This document shows positions 16,301 to 25,145 of a stretch of 50,100 nucleotides of DNA, in pieces. The DNA is from a virus, in IMG/VR virus record IMGVR_UViG_3300022912_000002. One strand, 5' to 3'. Position numbers and translations under genes: made by a program. Within the stretch, counting starts at the first letter, position 1. Every line of letters begins with the position of its first letter. The notes under the pieces are model-generated. The model saw only the letters and a list, made by a program, of their open reading frames with translations, did not search any database and was not told the DNA's origin.

Positions 16301-18688
16301 AGATATGAACATGGCTTTCTTATTAACACTGGTGCCGCCCCTCGCAATTTCCATATAAAGGCAACGACTGGCTCAGTCAATCTCAAAACTGACCATATTG
16401 AACTAACTGGAAATGTTGTTTTGGGCGGATTGGTAGATGGTCGGAATGTTGCCACCGATGGTTCAAAACTGGATGGTATTGCTACTGGTGCCACAAACAC
16501 TTCAGCGCCGTACTACACTTCTGCGATTTCTGTTGGGGATGCAGGGCTTACAGAAAAGAACTTTACTTCAGCTTTAAAATCCAAGCTTGATGGCATTTCA
16601 GCAAACGCTAATAACTATTCTCACCCTGCCAACCACGCCATATCGGTGATTACTGGTTTACAAGCGGCATTAGATGGCAAACAGGCAACGCATACACACC
16701 CTTATTTGAGAAATGACATTGAGACTGAAGCCACAATACTCAATGTTGGTGGTGAAATATCACCAACTTCATCCGCGAAGTTCCAGGTCTATGGTTTCCA
16801 ACGAACTGGCCCGATTATGCTCGCAGAGGGTCACACTGGTACAACTACTTGGAATACGACCAATGAAATCTGGTTGAAAAACTCAGGTGGTAGGCTTTAC
16901 GCTGACACGGCTTCAGGGGATACTTACTCCAACAAGGTCGCCTTCCTTGATGGTATTGAGACTGTCACTGCCGCTTGGACATTCAATGCAACTGCGAATC
17001 TCAGTGATGGTAAACCCTTGTTTCAATTATCTGGTGATGATGCTTACTTTGGTTCCAATACAAGGAATGATTTAGTATTAGCCTCAATCAATACTCCACA
17101 ATGGAGAAATGCCACAGCCTATGTAAACTTGGCAACCGAACCCTGGGTTACTGCAAACTTCAACAATTACTCACACCCTGCTAACCATGCAATCTCGGTT
17201 ATCACAGGACTTCAGACTGCCTTAGATGGGAAAACTACTGAAGCATGGGTAACGGCTTATGCTTACGATAAACAGTCAACTGATGATCTGCTCAACTTAA
17301 AATTAGCTGCAAGTCACGCAACTACACACCCTGCCCCCACTACGAGGGATGCAAGGAATCAAGTAGCAGGAAGTTACGCTTCTGGTTCCCATGACCATGA
17401 CGATGCCTATGTAGGTCTTGCCCACACCACTACGCACCCCGCGCCAACGAACAGAGACACTAGGAACCAGATAGCAGGAACATATAATAATTATGTCCAC
17501 CCCACTACGGCAGGGAATAAACACATCCCCACTGGTGGAAGTGGCGGGCAATACCTTACCTACTCTGCAAGTGGTACTGCACAGTGGTCGAACATGCACA
17601 GTCATCCTTACCTATCTAGCTCACACGATGCTAGTAACGTAACAAGTGTACTTCGCGGTCAATGGGGAACAGCATACACCCATAGCCAAGCTTCACATGC
17701 TCCAAGTGATGCCAATAACTATACTCACCCTACAACTGCGGGAAATAAGCACATCCCAACTGGTGGGGCTGGTGGACAGTATTTAGTCTATTCGGCAAGC
17801 GGTACTGCTTCTTGGGCAAATATGCACTCTCATCCATACTTGTCATCCACCCATGATGCTTCAAATGTTACAAGCGCACTCAGGGGTAACTGGGGTACGG
17901 CATATACTCACAGTCAGGCATCCCACGCGCCAAGTGATGCGAATAATTACAGTCATCCTGCCAATCATGCAATCTCGGTGATTACTGGACTCCAAACTGC
18001 TCTCGATGGGAAGTTAGCCTCAAGCCATGCGACCACTCACCCTGCACCAACCAATAGGGATACGAGAAACCAAGTAGCAGGGTCTTATGCAGGCTCTACT
18101 CATGGTCATAATGTTACAGATGTGAATTGGGATTCATTTGCAACTGATAATGGTGCCATACTTGGCTTTTTTGGTGTCACCACACCAACTGGTGGTGGAG
18201 ATCCAACCCTACGGACTAAAGCAGAGATGCAGACCGACTTGGATATTGACGACAAGCTTGATACTGCTGATGCTGAAGCGGGGTGGCATGGATCTGCAAC
18301 ACGCATTAAGATACTTCCCCAGGACTTTCAGGCTAATGACGACAATTCCTATTACAACGTAGCATCACTAGACAATGGTGGTCAGATAAAAGTCATGACA
18401 GCTTCCCTAGAAGCTTATGTCTCCATACCTATCCCCACTGGCTACAAGGCAACTCAGGTCAGGCTCTATGGTAATGATTCAACTAATCAAATTGGATGCT
18501 ATGAGGGCAATATTGCCAATGCAACTGCGACTTCCAAAATGCCACCGATCACTTGCTACGTCAATTCCACCTATACGCTCAATGGTGCGGTGACTAGCTC
18601 TACAACCAATTATCTAATTATCAAATGGATTCCAACAGCTACCACAGATTACCTCTATGGTGGCTACATCACGATTGAGAAAGTCTAA
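13394..18688 (+). CDS. Long tail fibre / receptor-binding protein (1764 aa), internally repetitive
   Basis: N-terminal MAIQWKKVLLSG. LPLTGGTLSGNL and LAGGTMTGLI motifs. Four copies of NNYSHPA(N/S)HAIS(F/V)ITGLQ(T/A)ALDGK. Three copies of NNY.HPTT.GNKHIP..GSGGQ. At least 10 HxH motifs. A distinct C-terminal globular domain. Confidence 0.9.
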   Translation: MAIQWKKVLLSGGAYTDLSDSSKIGAGSTQVAPGIHTHKTVWSDDTRSTDHLPNSLERGIYPHFKGNGTDGLNDGGTYHGVIHWKSYGSASDMSGGYPMQLAYTANGNLHARFGATSSTWNSWKKLSWDGHTHTVNGNDWSGADLAIVDGGTGASSASSARTNLGVDSSGEVDTKVATKLGASSSPTLTGYWTFNQDLKIIGSHSLDMFDGGTGFYHQDARQDTGDLAPKIHKYRVKDGGGYVTYKEKWYDGSAYHELEMTPSGLELDGTLVSLDGHNHDSRYYTELEVDDAVDLRLAKTGGQITGNVKATGEVWANSSVDANEGIMMRVTNTTDNNVSSQLFFVENDALNYGFSFDYNGHSTNVFSLKSYNASTTGLDIFDVQRNSRVLDFKVAPTINGSSLSSLYLPLTGGTLSGNLSISRGANSNQLLLESNEGQWKYLRFRDENGDSYYWDIGYNQTDGSGGFQIRPSGSGTNALVYSKTGNLSVSSITLPTTKPVYLSADLDTYIREYSDNVIQLVTGGTERVRIDSSGIKENGTYLSTKYALAHTHPYNNYVHPTTPGNKHIPDNGSGGQILLYSGDGTVAWHTPTWNNYVLTKAGVEAVLTGAISSHTHSYLGLTAKAADSEKVDGINGASLLRSDSEDAYTPKRLNIGASSNWDVGNLNGSNTSITNLHFQGHGDFWIGAGNSSWHTTPVTSHHDLLINTMQDSGSNIRGITFTASLSGSSVYKLGRWFSSTSAAGSSLAVYGALTVAQNLTISKQLISSIATGTAPFTVASTTKVANLNADLLDGLSSTHLVRQDTYGTNTIYSNHIMVSDGGTSNRDYIRHDDSLNRWHLVSDGATGATGNSDLQIKSLYVSGTVDGRDVATDGSKLDGIAASANNYSHPASHAISFITGLQTALDGKQATHSHPYLALAGGTMTGLITSTPGNNKAFFTYTGKGSTGLTTNVINFGGAEAIGIPGVSDRYEHGFLINTGAAPRNFHIKATTGSVNLKTDHIELTGNVVLGGLVDGRNVATDGSKLDGIATGATNTSAPYYTSAISVGDAGLTEKNFTSALKSKLDGISANANNYSHPANHAISVITGLQAALDGKQATHTHPYLRNDIETEATILNVGGEISPTSSAKFQVYGFQRTGPIMLAEGHTGTTTWNTTNEIWLKNSGGRLYADTASGDTYSNKVAFLDGIETVTAAWTFNATANLSDGKPLFQLSGDDAYFGSNTRNDLVLASINTPQWRNATAYVNLATEPWVTANFNNYSHPANHAISVITGLQTALDGKTTEAWVTAYAYDKQSTDDLLNLKLAASHATTHPAPTTRDARNQVAGSYASGSHDHDDAYVGLAHTTTHPAPTNRDTRNQIAGTYNNYVHPTTAGNKHIPTGGSGGQYLTYSASGTAQWSNMHSHPYLSSSHDASNVTSVLRGQWGTAYTHSQASHAPSDANNYTHPTTAGNKHIPTGGAGGQYLVYSASGTASWANMHSHPYLSSTHDASNVTSALRGNWGTAYTHSQASHAPSDANNYSHPANHAISVITGLQTALDGKLASSHATTHPAPTNRDTRNQVAGSYAGSTHGHNVTDVNWDSFATDNGAILGFFGVTTPTGGGDPTLRTKAEMQTDLDIDDKLDTADAEAGWHGSATRIKILPQDFQANDDNSYYNVASLDNGGQIKVMTASLEAYVSIPIPTGYKATQVRLYGNDSTNQIGCYEGNIANATATSKMPPITCYVNSTYTLNGAVTSSTTNYLIIKWIPTATTDYLYGGYITIEKV
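17486..17941 (+). repeat. In-frame tandem duplication (2 x 228 nt = 2 x 76 aa) inside the long fibre gene
   Basis: NNYVHPTTAGNKHIPTGGSGGQYLTYSASGTAQWSNMHSHPYLSSSHDASNVTSVLRGQWGTAYTHSQASHAPSDA starts at 17486. The near-identical NNYTHPTTAGNKHIPTGGAGGQYLVYSASGTASWANMHSHPYLSSTHDASNVTSALRGNWGTAYTHSQASHAPSDA starts at 17714. Confidence 0.9.
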
Positions 18689-19062
18689 TGAACGATAACA
18701 TTCCAGTACAACCCCGCGAGTTAAAAGCGGTTCACTCTCGCCTTGATGAGATAGGCAAAAGTCTAACTGATCACATCCTTGCAGGGGCTATTCAGCATCA
18801 AGCCACTATGGATGCTTCAAAATTGCGTGACGACGTTCTGCAGCAGATCCTTGACCAAGCAACAAAAACCAATGGTCGGGTTAATATCATCTACAAGTGG
18901 AAGGACCGAGTAATGTTCGGGCTGATGGGGATGTCACTTGTTCTGTCATTGATATTTGGTGGAATAAAGCTTTACAAGTCTATGTTGGATATTGAAGTAA
19001 TTGAAAAGCCAATTACTATCCAGCATGATTATACAACAACCGAAGAAAAGGAAAACCCATGA
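18688..19062 (+). CDS. Membrane-anchored protein (single TM; possible lysis or holin-like function)
   Basis: TAATG overlap with the fibre stop. One hydrophobic segment VMFGLMGMSLVLSLIFGGIKLY is followed by a charged tail. Confidence 0.5.
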   Translation: MNDNIPVQPRELKAVHSRLDEIGKSLTDHILAGAIQHQATMDASKLRDDVLQQILDQATKTNGRVNIIYKWKDRVMFGLMGMSLVLSLIFGGIKLYKSMLDIEVIEKPITIQHDYTTTEEKENP

Positions 19063-19286
19063 ACTGGTTTAAAGCAATTGTAGTCGGATTTCAGATAGCA
19101 CGAAACCACAAGGCTTTGGTGCCTGAAATTAAAGAAGCCTATGACGCTTATGTGGATGCGCGGGCTGACAAGAATGTAACTCTGGCTGAAACACGGAAGA
19201 TCATGGAGGAAGTCTTTGACGTTCTCGCATTGGCAATCCCCGCGTTTCGTGACTTAAAATCTCTCAAAGATAACACCACAAAGTAG
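19059..19286 (+). CDS. Hypothetical small protein
   Basis: ATGA overlap with the upstream gene. 75 aa. Confidence 0.5.
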   Translation: MNWFKAIVVGFQIARNHKALVPEIKEAYDAYVDARADKNVTLAETRKIMEEVFDVLALAIPAFRDLKSLKDNTTK

Positions 19287-19472
19287 ATGAGGGAGTGTGA
19301 TAATTGCGGTTCCCCAGGTGCAACTCAGTACGGAGCATTGGAGTTGTGCAATGATTGTCACATTGAAATGGTGGGGAATGAAGCTGAAGAATTGGCAGAA
19401 AAGGCGAAAAGACAAGAGGGTCGTAAAACGAATACTACAACAGTTGGCGTTAAAGGGAGTAATAACGTATGA
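19287..19472 (+). CDS. Small zinc-ribbon protein
   Basis: CDNC...CNDC (two CxxC pairs) followed by a basic tail. The ATG directly follows the upstream stop. Confidence 0.55.
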   Translation: MRECDNCGSPGATQYGALELCNDCHIEMVGNEAEELAEKAKRQEGRKTNTTTVGVKGSNNV

Positions 19473-20260
19473 CCGCAAAGCTCGCACTTATAATCCCCGA
19501 CCAACATATTCGGGAACACGACACGAAAGCCCTGAGCATAATTCTGACAGCGATTCGGGTACTGAAGCCTGATACAGTAATAAATATAGGTGATATTGGT
19601 GAAAACGAAGGTTCAAGTCATTGGAAGTGGAAACGTAGAGCAAAGCCCCCATTGGAATACATCATTCCCGATGTGGATGAGGATTTGCGCGTCACGAATC
19701 AATGGCTTGACCTCCTTGACGATGCCATGCGTGAAGCCAAAACGAAAAAGAAGGTACTTACTTGCGGTAACCATGACAAATGGCTTGATTACATGTGTGA
19801 AAGTTATCCAGTGTTACTCAAACAAGGTTATGGTGTAAGAGATGCGTATAAGCTCGATGCTAGAGGCTACGAATTTGTGGAATATGGCCACTATCACCCT
19901 CTTGGCGACTGGTTGTTTTATCATGGCGGCCACTATACAAACATGCACCACACTAAATCGCATCTCGAACGTGTTGGGCAAAACATCATGTACGCCCATC
20001 ACCACAACTATCGATACTGGTCTATCGCTAGAATGGAAGGATTCATTGAAGCACATTGTCTTGGGTTCCTGGGAGCCTTTGAAAAGGAATTCTTACAGGG
20101 AAACCTTACTGACTGGCAACACATGTTCGCTACGGTTGCCTACGATGATGAGATGCACGGAACTGTCCATATTTACAGAATCCAAGATGGACTATGTGAA
20201 ATCAATGGTAAGGTATATGATGGAACAAATGGAGAAGCGGAATGTCTAAATCAATTCTAA
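19469..20260 (+). CDS. Calcineurin-like metallophosphoesterase
   Basis: The ordered motifs IIPDQH (DxH), NIGDIGENEG (GD), CGNHDKW (GNHD), YHGGHY and YAHHH match the metallophosphatase signature. Confidence 0.8.
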   Translation: MTAKLALIIPDQHIREHDTKALSIILTAIRVLKPDTVINIGDIGENEGSSHWKWKRRAKPPLEYIIPDVDEDLRVTNQWLDLLDDAMREAKTKKKVLTCGNHDKWLDYMCESYPVLLKQGYGVRDAYKLDARGYEFVEYGHYHPLGDWLFYHGGHYTNMHHTKSHLERVGQNIMYAHHHNYRYWSIARMEGFIEAHCLGFLGAFEKEFLQGNLTDWQHMFATVAYDDEMHGTVHIYRIQDGLCEINGKVYDGTNGEAECLNQF

Positions 20261-23085
20261 ACATTAGAGAAATCATTGGGCAGTACACCACAAAAGGAAC
20301 AGACATGCCCGAGAACATGGCACATAGGCTGAAGAATCTTTTTGTGGACACTAAGGCTGGAATGGCTGAAGGAGCGCGTGATTACACCGATATTAGCATA
20401 GGTGGCACCGCAGGCACAACCTTCCAATCAAGTCTTGGTGGAAAGCCAGTCAAAGAAGCTGTATTCTTTTCCCCAAGCAAAGACTTTGAAATTAATGGCG
20501 AGCAGTACACCCGAATGTTGGTCATATTGGTGCATAGTGGCACTTACCTTTTAAAATTTTATGGAATCCCTGACTCTGGCGATTTCGACCTCGTTTATGA
20601 CCCAACAACAGATGTGAACTTGGGAACTGGTGCTGATACTGAAAATACTGAACTGGTGTCTACTGGTGATTCACTTCGCATTGTAACTGGTGATAGAGTT
20701 CGATGGTTCGGACATCTTCAAAAAAACATGCTTTATGTGGATGGAGATGCAACCCTGACAACAGTTGGTTGGTTCCTTGAAGATGCCATAGTTGATACTG
20801 ATGGGATTAGTATTGATGTCGCTGAAACTGATAGACCGCTTTATGATGATGATGATACTATTGACAGAATCTATACCTATGCAGTTTCCGTGGTTTATGA
20901 TTATACTCAGGATAGTTCCTACCTGACTTCAAGAGTGATCAAGACTCAGAACATGCCCAGGCTGACTATTGGAATCGATACTTCCAGAATTGCTAGACGA
21001 ATCACAGGTATCAAGTTGTGGCGTAAAGTTGGTGAAGAAGGCAATATTTACTCATCAATGGATTTTGAGTTATACAAAGATTACGGTGTATCATATGATA
21101 CAAATGACGACTACGACTATGTAGTTTTCCGCGCACTTCCCAAGAAGCTGAAGTGTTTGACTTCCCTTGATTTCTACTTTTCATGGACTTCCGATAAGTG
21201 GGAAGCCGAGGGGAATGATTCTCATATCAATAATGGCTCCATTACCTATGGCGACAATGAGGAACTACGCAGACATTACCGTTTCCCACAATGGTCTTAC
21301 GTTGTACCCCTTGACCCAACCAAGAACAATTTCAGTCCTCAGGAAGATAAGGAATACTTCCTCAGTGTAGATCCTGGCAACGAGGCAAGCTTTGAGGATT
21401 TTGATAATCGGGCTATCTATAAGCCTGATGTGAATACTGGCTATGAAACCAAACCCATGTGGAAGTTTAAACAACCTGAGCTTCAGTCCTCTTTTGAGTT
21501 TTCTGCTATTGCTTACAAGCTCTGGAAGATTGAAGTCCATGACGATTATTTTATTGCTACATTGGTCTATGGTCATTGTCTCGATGGTGGAGCTACCGCT
21601 ACAAAGGATATGATTCAATCCAACTATGCTCCATTCATGAATTTCCAAGCCCCTTATGATGGTCGATATCGTATCTACTCATTAAAAAATGGCATATATC
21701 TTGACTATGCTTCTTCACTTCGATTATACCCAAAAGAGCTTACGGCTGATGATGGAAGTGGTACATCCTCTATCGCTGAACATGCGATTTATTCAAATAA
21801 GGTCTTACCAACAACCCTTGATGGCAATCTGCTTCGGATAACTGGTGATGTTCGTTCTTCTGCGACTGGTTCAGATCCCCTAGTAAGCGCAAAGATAAGC
21901 TATGCAGATGGAACGCGGGTGGATGATGTGAGTGATTCCCTGAGACTTATTTTCAGCGATGATGACCTTCCGTTGTTCTCACCCAAGCCTTATTCATTGA
22001 TGGTTCCAGTCTACAATGATACACTTGGGCTAGTTGGTGGGGTAAATGAAAATTTAGACAATGTTGCAGGAGATACATCTATTGTTCAGGAAATTGAAAC
22101 ATTGGGTGGCATCGTTACTGAAGCTTCTGGCGCAATAGTCGACTTCCAAACTTCTCCTGCTGAAAATGTTATCAACATGGTCGTGGATGATCAATCAAAA
22201 GATGATGTTCACACCAACCGCTTTTACTCTGAGGAAGTTGGATTCGACCCTAAGAATCTTGTGGTAAGCTATAAGCACCCTGTACTCTTTGGGAATAGGC
22301 TGTTTGTGGTTGATGAATCTACCCTACGGTGGAGTGAATCTTTTAAATATGATTCCTTCCGACCTGAATCAGTTTATGAAGTAAGTTCAGAACCGACCAA
22401 GATTTTACCTCATCATGATGCTCTATTGCTCATTTACGAGAATAACATTGATGTATTAAATTACTCTGGTACCAAAGAAACATGGCGTACCTCTGATTCG
22501 TTGAACAAGCTTGGCACCACCCTGACAAACAGTATTCTCTCAACCCCAGCTGGTGTGTTCATGGTCACCCGATATGGCATCTTCATGATTAATAGTCCAG
22601 AGACAGCAGGAAAAATGAGCTACTACAAGCAGACTCGAATTGATAGAGCTATTGAGGGTGAAATTGACCTTGAATCTGCAACCCCAAATGACATCGTTGC
22701 CTATTGGGATTCAGAATGGGAACGCATTGTTTTGATAGATAATCGCACAGAAAAACATTGGGTGTTCAGTTTGAAAAAGGGATGGATGCCAATTGAGGGA
22801 AGTGCGTATAGCAGTTTTTCCCACATTATTCCAATCCATGATATGTTGAATTTGGGGCTGGCGCGGAAAGCATCGGCACCTATCATTTCTAAACTGCGTT
22901 ATGATGGTGAGAATCTTGGAGACTATGAATTTGAATCTGGATGGATAACCATGAAGGAACCTTCTGTTTTCAAAAAATTCAAAAAAGTTTATCTTATAGC
23001 GGAGATTCCATCGGCTACCGCAATCGCTGACCCTGGCCTTACTGATCCAGATGATGCACAACCTCCAAGACCGAGGGCGAACTAA
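20242..23085 (+). CDS. Large virion structural protein (947 aa; possibly tail tube/nozzle by position)
   Basis: Long ORF directly upstream of the internal-protein-like cluster, as gp12 precedes gp13-16 in T7-type order. No motif recognised. Confidence 0.45.
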   Translation: MSKSILNIREIIGQYTTKGTDMPENMAHRLKNLFVDTKAGMAEGARDYTDISIGGTAGTTFQSSLGGKPVKEAVFFSPSKDFEINGEQYTRMLVILVHSGTYLLKFYGIPDSGDFDLVYDPTTDVNLGTGADTENTELVSTGDSLRIVTGDRVRWFGHLQKNMLYVDGDATLTTVGWFLEDAIVDTDGISIDVAETDRPLYDDDDTIDRIYTYAVSVVYDYTQDSSYLTSRVIKTQNMPRLTIGIDTSRIARRITGIKLWRKVGEEGNIYSSMDFELYKDYGVSYDTNDDYDYVVFRALPKKLKCLTSLDFYFSWTSDKWEAEGNDSHINNGSITYGDNEELRRHYRFPQWSYVVPLDPTKNNFSPQEDKEYFLSVDPGNEASFEDFDNRAIYKPDVNTGYETKPMWKFKQPELQSSFEFSAIAYKLWKIEVHDDYFIATLVYGHCLDGGATATKDMIQSNYAPFMNFQAPYDGRYRIYSLKNGIYLDYASSLRLYPKELTADDGSGTSSIAEHAIYSNKVLPTTLDGNLLRITGDVRSSATGSDPLVSAKISYADGTRVDDVSDSLRLIFSDDDLPLFSPKPYSLMVPVYNDTLGLVGGVNENLDNVAGDTSIVQEIETLGGIVTEASGAIVDFQTSPAENVINMVVDDQSKDDVHTNRFYSEEVGFDPKNLVVSYKHPVLFGNRLFVVDESTLRWSESFKYDSFRPESVYEVSSEPTKILPHHDALLLIYENNIDVLNYSGTKETWRTSDSLNKLGTTLTNSILSTPAGVFMVTRYGIFMINSPETAGKMSYYKQTRIDRAIEGEIDLESATPNDIVAYWDSEWERIVLIDNRTEKHWVFSLKKGWMPIEGSAYSSFSHIIPIHDMLNLGLARKASAPIISKLRYDGENLGDYEFESGWITMKEPSVFKKFKKVYLIAEIPSATAIADPGLTDPDDAQPPRPRAN

Positions 23086-23324
23086 TGGCAACAAGACGCA
23101 GATTCTACACCGTAAAACTTTATTACAAGAGTGAAATGGATGCGACTTGGCAAGGGCCATTCTTGTTTCGTGGTGCCGATACTGACATCCAAGTTGATAT
23201 GGAAGAATACATGGCAAGAATTGGTATCAAAGCCAAACGGCTTAAAATAAAGATTGAAGCGACTTGTCCAGGGTTGCTTATCGATCATATAGGAATAGTG
23301 TTCCAACCTAAACGAGTGAAATAG
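23085..23324 (+). CDS. Hypothetical small virion-module protein
   Basis: TAATG overlap with the upstream gene. 79 aa. Confidence 0.5.
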   Translation: MATRRRFYTVKLYYKSEMDATWQGPFLFRGADTDIQVDMEEYMARIGIKAKRLKIKIEATCPGLLIDHIGIVFQPKRVK

Positions 23325-23334
23325 GAGATTAGAG

Positions 23335-23982
23335 ATGAAAAACAGAATTGAAAATTTTCAAGAAGATTGGACAGGTGGAGCATACGCCCCAGGTGGACAA
23401 TACGAACAATCCGCAGACCCTAAAGCTGATGTAATGGCTTTGTTTGGTGGTGATATGAACAAATACAATGCTTGGTACAACAACCTACGCCCCGAAGATA
23501 GACCCAAGAATTGGGATGATGCTCTCATTGGTGCGCGTGGAAGCATGGGTGCTGGTGCCTTTAAAGGCGGTCAGGTTCGTACTGGTCAGCAGACTGGTGT
23601 TCAGCCCCTTCAAAATCCTCAGGCACAGCCAATTGTTCCACAAGGGCCACAGGCTATTGGGATGCAGAAACAAGGTTTCGGTGCCAAGATGGGTGGCATG
23701 TTGGGTCAGATGATGCAACGTGCTGACTATGCAGGCGCAGGCGTTCGTCAAAAACTTGGTCAGGTATTCGGTGGTGGACAACAACAGCAACAGGCTCCAT
23801 ACATCCCAAGTGGCCCTGCACCACAACCAGCGGCATATGAAGATGGTCAAATGGCACCAAGCGCATTTCCAAATCAAGCCCCTGCGCAAGTACCGCCACA
23901 AGCCCCTCAAGATAATTCTGCTTTATTAAGACAGCTTGCCAGTTGGATGCAATCTGGCGGTGCCCCTAATATTGGAGGTTAA
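23335..23982 (+). CDS. Gln/Gly/Pro-rich low-complexity protein (candidate internal/ejection protein)
   Basis: GGAGATTAGAG lies before the ATG. Composition includes QQTGVQPLQNPQAQPIVPQGPQ and GGGQQQQQAPYIPSGPAPQPAA. Confidence 0.55.
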   Translation: MKNRIENFQEDWTGGAYAPGGQYEQSADPKADVMALFGGDMNKYNAWYNNLRPEDRPKNWDDALIGARGSMGAGAFKGGQVRTGQQTGVQPLQNPQAQPIVPQGPQAIGMQKQGFGAKMGGMLGQMMQRADYAGAGVRQKLGQVFGGGQQQQQAPYIPSGPAPQPAAYEDGQMAPSAFPNQAPAQVPPQAPQDNSALLRQLASWMQSGGAPNIGG

Positions 23983-23984
23983 TC

Positions 23985-24566
23985 ATGGGTTGGAATTTTA
24001 AAGATGCAGGCGGTGGGGCAGCACAAGGCGCGTTGGCAGGCGGTTCGATGTTCGGGCCCGCAGGCGCGATTGGTGGTGGACTACTAGGACTCGCCATGGG
24101 AGGCATGCACAGTGGGCCACCTACGGCAGAGGAAATGGGAGTTAACCCCCTCGACATAAACGCTGAAGCTCAAGCATTGATGCCTAACCAATCTGAAACG
24201 AACAATCAGCGGAATGAATTCAATGCGGGTCTTGATGGTGAAATAGAGAAATATCGCTCTCAACTCATAGCGAGTGGAATGGATCCAACTCAGGCCGCGC
24301 AATTGGCTCAGAATAAATTCATGTCTCAGAGGAATCGGTTTGGTATAAGCCAACAGCAGGGTCAGGCAAATATGCACCGTGGGCTAATGGCTCAAATGCT
24401 TCCTGCAAAACTTCAAAGAGATGAAGATATTTTGAATATCAACAATAACCAAAAGTTCGCACCAAGCTTCAATCAATCTATGGCACCCATGACAGCGGGT
24501 TTCGGGTTGCAGGGAATCTTTGACAGAACGAATGGAACTGGTTTCTTTAAGCCAGAAGGAGAGTAA
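23985..24566 (+). CDS. Gly-rich hydrophobic N-terminus protein (candidate internal/ejection protein)
   Basis: Contains the glycine-zipper-like segment GGGAAQGALAGGSMFGPAGAIGGGLLGLAMGGM. Confidence 0.55.
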   Translation: MGWNFKDAGGGAAQGALAGGSMFGPAGAIGGGLLGLAMGGMHSGPPTAEEMGVNPLDINAEAQALMPNQSETNNQRNEFNAGLDGEIEKYRSQLIASGMDPTQAAQLAQNKFMSQRNRFGISQQQGQANMHRGLMAQMLPAKLQRDEDILNINNNQKFAPSFNQSMAPMTAGFGLQGIFDRTNGTGFFKPEGE

Positions 24567-24568
24567 TC

Positions 24569-25135
24569 GTGGCTATTAATGTTCCGAATAACGACCAAAT
24601 GTTAAGCCAGTTGTCAGCGGTTGTTGGTGGTGTACTTGCTAATAAAATGGCTACCGAACAAGCGACTGCCCAACGTGGTCATGAGTTTCAATTGGCGCAA
24701 CTCAACAATCAGAATCAAATGGCTATGATTACCAAAGATTATGAGATGCGTAAACAGCTAGGTGATGAACAGCGGAAAGCTATGCTTGAAGCCCTTCCTC
24801 AACAGTTACAAGCTTGGGGATTGAATATGCAAGATATGTTACCGAAAGAGGAAAAGCCTGCAAATTGGATGGAGCATTATGGTTCCCGTATCGCAGGTGG
24901 AGCCGCAATCGGTGGTGGTATTGGCTTGGCAGGTGCGGGTGTTGGGGCTATCCCTGGCGCACTTATTGGTGGAGCCGCAGGACTTATTGAAGCTGGTGGC
25001 GCACACCTCCTGAGTGGCATTGGCAAAGAGGACAAAGAAGCCAAGAAGAAATCTGAATTGGCACTACGTCAAATGCAGACAATCGCTGCTTTGAATCAGA
25101 TGATGGGTATGAACCAAATGGCACCAGGCTTATAG
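24569..25135 (+). CDS. Gly-rich hydrophobic segment protein (candidate internal/ejection protein)
   Basis: GTG start after GGAGAGTAATC. Contains IAGGAAIGGGIGLAGAGVGAIPGALIGGAAGLIEAGGAHLL. Confidence 0.55.
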   Translation: MAINVPNNDQMLSQLSAVVGGVLANKMATEQATAQRGHEFQLAQLNNQNQMAMITKDYEMRKQLGDEQRKAMLEALPQQLQAWGLNMQDMLPKEEKPANWMEHYGSRIAGGAAIGGGIGLAGAGVGAIPGALIGGAAGLIEAGGAHLLSGIGKEDKEAKKKSELALRQMQTIAALNQMMGMNQMAPGL

Positions 25136-25145
25136 GGGTAAAATC

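Noticed and set aside
15056-18080. Periodic repeats that could be mistaken for a CRISPR array or a DGR variable region
   Set aside because: The repeats are in-frame protein modules of one long ORF. They have no spacer-like unique units of fixed length, no cas genes, no reverse transcriptase and no template repeat elsewhere in the genome.
19297-19572. 91-aa alternative-frame ORF overlapping the zinc-ribbon gene and the phosphoesterase start
   Set aside because: The competing frames carry clear motifs (CxxC pairs, DxH) and stop/start coupling. The alternative frame has none.
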